64,000 nt of DNA from an uncultured Gemmatimonadaceae bacterium. GTDB lineage: Bacteria > Gemmatimonadota > Gemmatimonadetes > Gemmatimonadales > Gemmatimonadaceae. The stretch spans positions 1,632,001 through 1,696,000 of the forward strand of contig CAVXGK010000001.1 of assembly GCA_963761305.1 (NCBI GenBank), in the 5' to 3' direction. Below are positions 60,005 through 64,000 of the stretch, in pieces; positions within the stretch are counted from its first letter, which is position 1, and each line of letters opens with the position of its first letter. A program made the translations under genes and the position numbers. Below the pieces are notes generated by a model. The model searched no databases. It was given only the letters and a program-made list of their open reading frames with translations, and was not told where the DNA came from.

Positions 60005-62622
60005 AGTTTCACAGGCATCGACTGCAGGCGCGCCGTGACCTTCGCGATGTCGCCGCGTCGCGACAGATCGAGCACTGTCGCGTCCGCCGGGATCATCGCG
60101 AAGCGCTCGCCGAGCACGTCGATCGCGTACTGGATCGCATTCGGGAGTTCGAGCTCGTCGCGCACCGAGGGCTGCAGATCGCGGCACGCGCGAAAAATCG
60201 TGGAGTCGAGCCGCCAACAATTCATGCTCACCGGAGCGTCGGTGCGCGCCGACATCGTCGCCGCATCCGGTTTCTCGACGATGCGCCGCAGCGCGCCGTC
60301 GACGACGTCGAGCAACGCGTACGCGGCGATCCGATCCGCCGGAATGTCGCCGCTGCGCAACAGGCCGGCCCGCGAAAACGCGACGCCCGCCGGGCCGGCG
60401 GCGTTGCGAAGCCGCGCCAAGACGTCAGTGGGATAGTAGTTGTCCGCGTTCAACACGACGAACGGTTCGCCCGTCGTGAACTCCTCGGCGGCGAGCACCG
60501 CGTCGGCCGTGCCGAGTGGATTGGCTTGCACCGCGAAATGCACTCGGAGACGCGTCGGGATTGCCGCGCGCGCGTACCGGTCGTGCATTTCGGCGTGCTG
60601 CGGTGCGACGACGATGCACACGTCGGTGAAGCCGGCGTCGGCGAGGCCGCTCAACACGTAGTCGAGAAACGGGCGACCCACCGGAATCATGGCTTTCGCG
60701 CCGTCGTTCGCGGCGGCGGCTTGCTCCGAGGAGAGCACCGCGTTGTCGTCGCCCTCGCGCATCCGGCTGCCGAGTCCACGCGCCAGGATCACCGCTTTCG
60801 TGCACAGACGCTCGGCGGCGACGGCCGACGTTTCACTTCCCGCCAGTTCCCGCTCGCCTTCCGCGGCCCATGCGCGCCTTACGACGTGCAGCAGGACGAA
60901 TCCGCTCACGACGAACGCGACCAGCCACATGACCGCCGGGATCGTCCGCCCGTAGATGAAGCTTCCCGTCCCGAATAGACCGGCATAGACGAACATCACG
61001 CCCGCCGTCCAGCCGAGCATCATCTGTGGAATGCTGTCGCTCGACGGCGGCAGGTTCGACTCGGTACGAATGACGTTCCATCCCGGGCCGGCGGGACGCG
61101 TCAGCTCATAGAACCGTACGAGCGACGCACGATCGGCCGGTTTGGTGAGCATCGTGACCGTCACCCACACGATGGTGGTCGCGGCGACGGTCACGAGCAG
61201 CGGCACCGGATCCGGAATCGCCACGCCCATCTTTTTCGCGACGAAGAACCCGAACGCGATGAGGAACGAGGAGACCATCGCCGAGATCTCGCTCCATGCG
61301 TTGATCCGCCACCAGAACCAGCGCAGGAGGTAGATGAGTCCCGTGCCCGCGCCCACGGACAGCAGCAGTTGAAACGCTTCGCTCGCCGTCGAGAGCGCGA
61401 GCGTGAACAGACCGGCCGCGATCATGAGAAACGCGGTCAACGCGCGCGACACCCAGAGGTAGTGCCGCTCGGATTTCCCCGGTTTCACAAAGCGCTGATA
61501 GAAGTCGATGATGAGGTACGACGAGCCCCAGTTGAGGTGCGTCTCCATCGTCGAGCGGTACGCGGCGAACAGCGAGGCGACGAGCAACCCTTTCATGCCG
61601 ACCGGCAGCAGCGTGAGCATCGCCGGATACGCGAGATCGTTGCCGATGAGCGCCGGATTCACGTGCGGCAACGCGCGCTGGATGTCGGCCAACGTCGGGA
61701 AGACGAGCATCGAACAGAGCGCGACGATGATCCACGGCCACGGCCTGAGCGCATAGTGCGCGACGTTGAACCAGAGCGTCGCGCCGAGCGCGTGACGCTC
61801 GTTCTTCGACGCGAGGATGCGCTGCGCGATGTAGCTCCCGCCGCCCGGCTCGGCGCCCGGGTACCACACCGACCACCACTGCACCGTGAGCGGAATGACC
61901 AGGACGGTGACCACCAGCGTCGTGTCGCTGAAGTCCGGCAGCAGCGAGAGCGTGCTGGGACTCGTCTTGTCCAGCAGCGACGCCAACCCGCCGACCGCCG
62001 GCTGGTTCAGCGACACGATCGCCGCGCCGATCACGCCGACCATCGCCAGCGCGAATTGCACGATGTCCGTCGCGAGCACGCCCCACAGACCCGCGACCGA
62101 CGCGAACAGCACGCACGCCGTGCCGGCGATGACGATCGTCTCGACGCGCCCCCAACCGAGCATCACGTTGGCGATCTTCACCGCCGCCAGCGTGACCGTC
62201 GCCATGATCATGACGTTGAAGAAGAGCCCCAGATAAACAGCGCGGAATCCGCGCACGACCGCCGCCGGTCTTCCCGAGTAGCGCAGCTCGTAAAACTCGA
62301 GATCGGTGAGCACGCGCGAGCGTCGCCACAGCTGCGCGTAGAAGAACACGGTCGCCATGCCGGTGAGCAGAAACGCCCACCACACCCAGTTGTACGACAC
62401 GCCGTGCGACCGAACGAAATCCGTCACCAGATTCGGCGTGTCGGTGCTGAACGTCGTCGCGACCATCGACGTCCCCACCAGCCACCATGGCGCCGACTGT
62501 CCCGACGCGAAAAACTCGGCCGTGCTCGAGCCCGCTCGCTTTAGATAGAACAGCGCCGGCAAATAACAGAGCACCAGACTCACGACGACGACCACCCAGT
62601 CGAGGCGGGTGAGTTGGGTCAT
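60001..62622 (-). CDS. Sodium:solute symporter fused to a C-terminal sugar-phosphate nucleotidyltransferase
   Basis: SSF motifs SMVATTFSTDTP, YIAQRILAS, ETHLNWGSSY; NTase motifs KAVILARGLGSRM, KAMIPV, LGTADAV, IVEKP, ELEL. Confidence 0.88.
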   Translation of the reverse strand: MTQLTRLDWVVVVVSLVLCYLPALFYLKRAGSSTAEFFASGQSAPWWLVGTSMVATTFSTDTPNLVTDFVRSHGVSYNWVWWAFLLTGMATVFFYAQLWRRSRVLTDLEFYELRYSGRPAAVVRGFRAVYLGLFFNVMIMATVTLAAVKIANVMLGWGRVETIVIAGTACVLFASVAGLWGVLATDIVQFALAMVGVIGAAIVSLNQPAVGGLASLLDKTSPSTLSLLPDFSDTTLVVTVLVIPLTVQWWSVWYPGAEPGGGSYIAQRILASKNERHALGATLWFNVAHYALRPWPWIIVALCSMLVFPTLADIQRALPHVNPALIGNDLAYPAMLTLLPVGMKGLLVASLFAAYRSTMETHLNWGSSYLIIDFYQRFVKPGKSERHYLWVSRALTAFLMIAAGLFTLALSTASEAFQLLLSVGAGTGLIYLLRWFWWRINAWSEISAMVSSFLIAFGFFVAKKMGVAIPDPVPLLVTVAATTIVWVTVTMLTKPADRASLVRFYELTRPAGPGWNVIRTESNLPPSSDSIPQMMLGWTAGVMFVYAGLFGTGSFIYGRTIPAVMWLVAFVVSGFVLLHVVRRAWAAEGERELAGSETSAVAAERLCTKAVILARGLGSRMREGDDNAVLSSEQAAAANDGAKAMIPVGRPFLDYVLSGLADAGFTDVCIVVAPQHAEMHDRYARAAIPTRLRVHFAVQANPLGTADAVLAAEEFTTGEPFVVLNADNYYPTDVLARLRNAAGPAGVAFSRAGLLRSGDIPADRIAAYALLDVVDGALRRIVEKPDAATMSARTDAPVSMNCWRLDSTIFRACRDLQPSVRDELELPNAIQYAIDVLGERFAMIPADATVLDLSRRGDIAKVTARLQSMPVKL

Positions 62623-62744
62623 GCGACGCTCGGCGTCGGTCGTCTCGTCACGGGCTGCAATCTCGATGGGTCGTGAGGAATCACAAGAGCGGCGGGAACT
62701 CCGCGCAAACGGAAACGGTTGACAAGCACGTAACTCACTTCGGA

Positions 62745-64000
62745 ATGAATCGCCGAGACTTTGTTGCCGGTGGTGGGGCCGCGGTCCTGGGAGCGCTGGT
62801 CCGCCCCCAGCTCTCGTGGCCGTCGCCGGCCGCCCCCGACTACACCCTCCGCATCGGTCAGGTCACGATCGAGCTGGCGCCGGGCAAGACGGTGCGGACC
62901 GTCGCGTACAACGACTCCGTCCCGGGGCCGGTGCTTCGGCTGCGCGAGGGCGTTCCGGCCACGATCGAGGTCCTCAACGACACCGACCGCGACGAGTTCG
63001 TCCACTGGCACGGCCTCGAAGTGCCCGCCGAGGTCGACGGCGCGATGGAGGAAGGAACCCCGCCGGTGCCGGCGCACGGCCGGCAGAACTACACCTTCAT
63101 TCCTCGCCCGGTCGGAACTCGGTGGTACCACTCGCACGCGATCGCCGGACGCGACTTCAGCCGCGGAACGTACAGCGGGCAGTTCGGCTTTCTGCTCATC
63201 GCTCCCGGCAACGATCCGGGACGCTACGACGATGAAGTATTTCTCACGATGCACGACTGGGGTCCGTACGTCATGGGCGGCGACGACGGATTTCAGAGCG
63301 TCGGCTACAGTCACTCGACGATCAACGCGCGCCGCCTCGGTCATGCCGAGCCAATTCGCGTGCGCGAGGGAGCGCGCGTGCTCATGCGCGTGCTCAACGC
63401 GAGCGCGACGGACGCGCACTGGCTGATGCTGCCCGGGCACCGCTTCACCGTGATCGCGCTCGACGGCAATCCGGTGCCGCGGTCGGCCAGCGTCGATCAG
63501 CTCATGCTGAATCCGGGCGAGCGCGTCGACGCCATCGTCGAGATGAACGCGCCGGGCGTCTGGATCCTCGGCGAGCCGCGCGACCAAATTCGCGACAAGG
63601 GGCTCGGCGTCGTCGTGGAGTACGCCGGCCAGAGCGGCGAGCCGAGATGGGAGAAAGCCACCGCGTTGCGCTGGAACTATCTCGATTTCGCGCACGCTGG
63701 AGGCGCCGAGGGCGGCCCGGTGCAACGAATTCCGCTCGTGTTCAAGTCCGTTTTCAAGGGGCACGGCGCCTTCGAACATTGGTCGATCAACGGCAAGTCG
63801 TATCCGGACACCGACGTCATTCACATCGAGAACGGAATCCAGTATCGCCTCGTGTTCGACAACCGGAGCAGCGAGGACCATCCGGTGCATCTGCACCGAC
63901 ACTCGCTCGAGATCACGCGGATCGGCAACGTGGCAACGTCAGGAGTGGTCAAAGACGTGGTGACGGTGCCGGCGCACACCGTCGTCGAGGCCGATTTCAC
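62745..64000 (+). CDS. Tat-exported multicopper oxidase, 3'-truncated by the window edge (absent from the ORF track)
   Basis: MNRRDFV Tat signal; VHWHG (63003), WYHSH (63123), HPVHLH (63879), all in one frame. Confidence 0.9.
   Translation, partial: MNRRDFVAGGGAAVLGALVRPQLSWPSPAAPDYTLRIGQVTIELAPGKTVRTVAYNDSVPGPVLRLREGVPATIEVLNDTDRDEFVHWHGLEVPAEVDGAMEEGTPPVPAHGRQNYTFIPRPVGTRWYHSHAIAGRDFSRGTYSGQFGFLLIAPGNDPGRYDDEVFLTMHDWGPYVMGGDDGFQSVGYSHSTINARRLGHAEPIRVREGARVLMRVLNASATDAHWLMLPGHRFTVIALDGNPVPRSASVDQLMLNPGERVDAIVEMNAPGVWILGEPRDQIRDKGLGVVVEYAGQSGEPRWEKATALRWNYLDFAHAGGAEGGPVQRIPLVFKSVFKGHGAFEHWSINGKSYPDTDVIHIENGIQYRLVFDNRSSEDHPVHLHRHSLEITRIGNVATSGVVKDVVTVPAHTVVEADF

Noticed and set aside
62619..63902. 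427-aa minus-strand ORF
   Set aside because: Antisense to the multicopper oxidase, which has clear copper-binding motifs.

Overview
GC-rich bacterial chromosomal window with about 42 genes. The gene content (PadR + duplicated orphan ABC permeases, an ECF-sigma/CBM48 cluster, many exported peptidases) suggests Gemmatimonadota or a related lineage; this is inference only. It contains a 5'-truncated Lhr helicase, a very large S53 peptidase, a BlaI-M56-DUF2723 operon, a Ser/Thr kinase, pntAA/AB/B, ada, two convergent PadR-permease modules, S9/S8/M16/M13/M28 peptidases, deoC plus an ALDH16-like dehydrogenase, metK, sahR-ahcY, a sugar-salvage operon and a 3'-truncated multicopper oxidase. I found no rRNA, tRNA, CRISPR array, transposase or phage genes. 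Most notable: (1) a SAM-II/SAM-V-like pseudoknot riboswitch coupled to an intrinsic terminator upstream of metK; (2) six dispersed copies of a ~250-bp nested inverted-repeat element (REPIN/MITE-like) sitting just after stop codons; (3) an ECF sigma / CBM48 anti-sigma / CBM48 barrel-like cluster; (4) a sodium:solute symporter fused to a nucleotidyltransferase, next to a GHMP kinase and a Tat-exported glycosidase; (5) an FMN reductase running in frame into a lipoprotein. All calls come from reading motifs by eye; no database searches were run.
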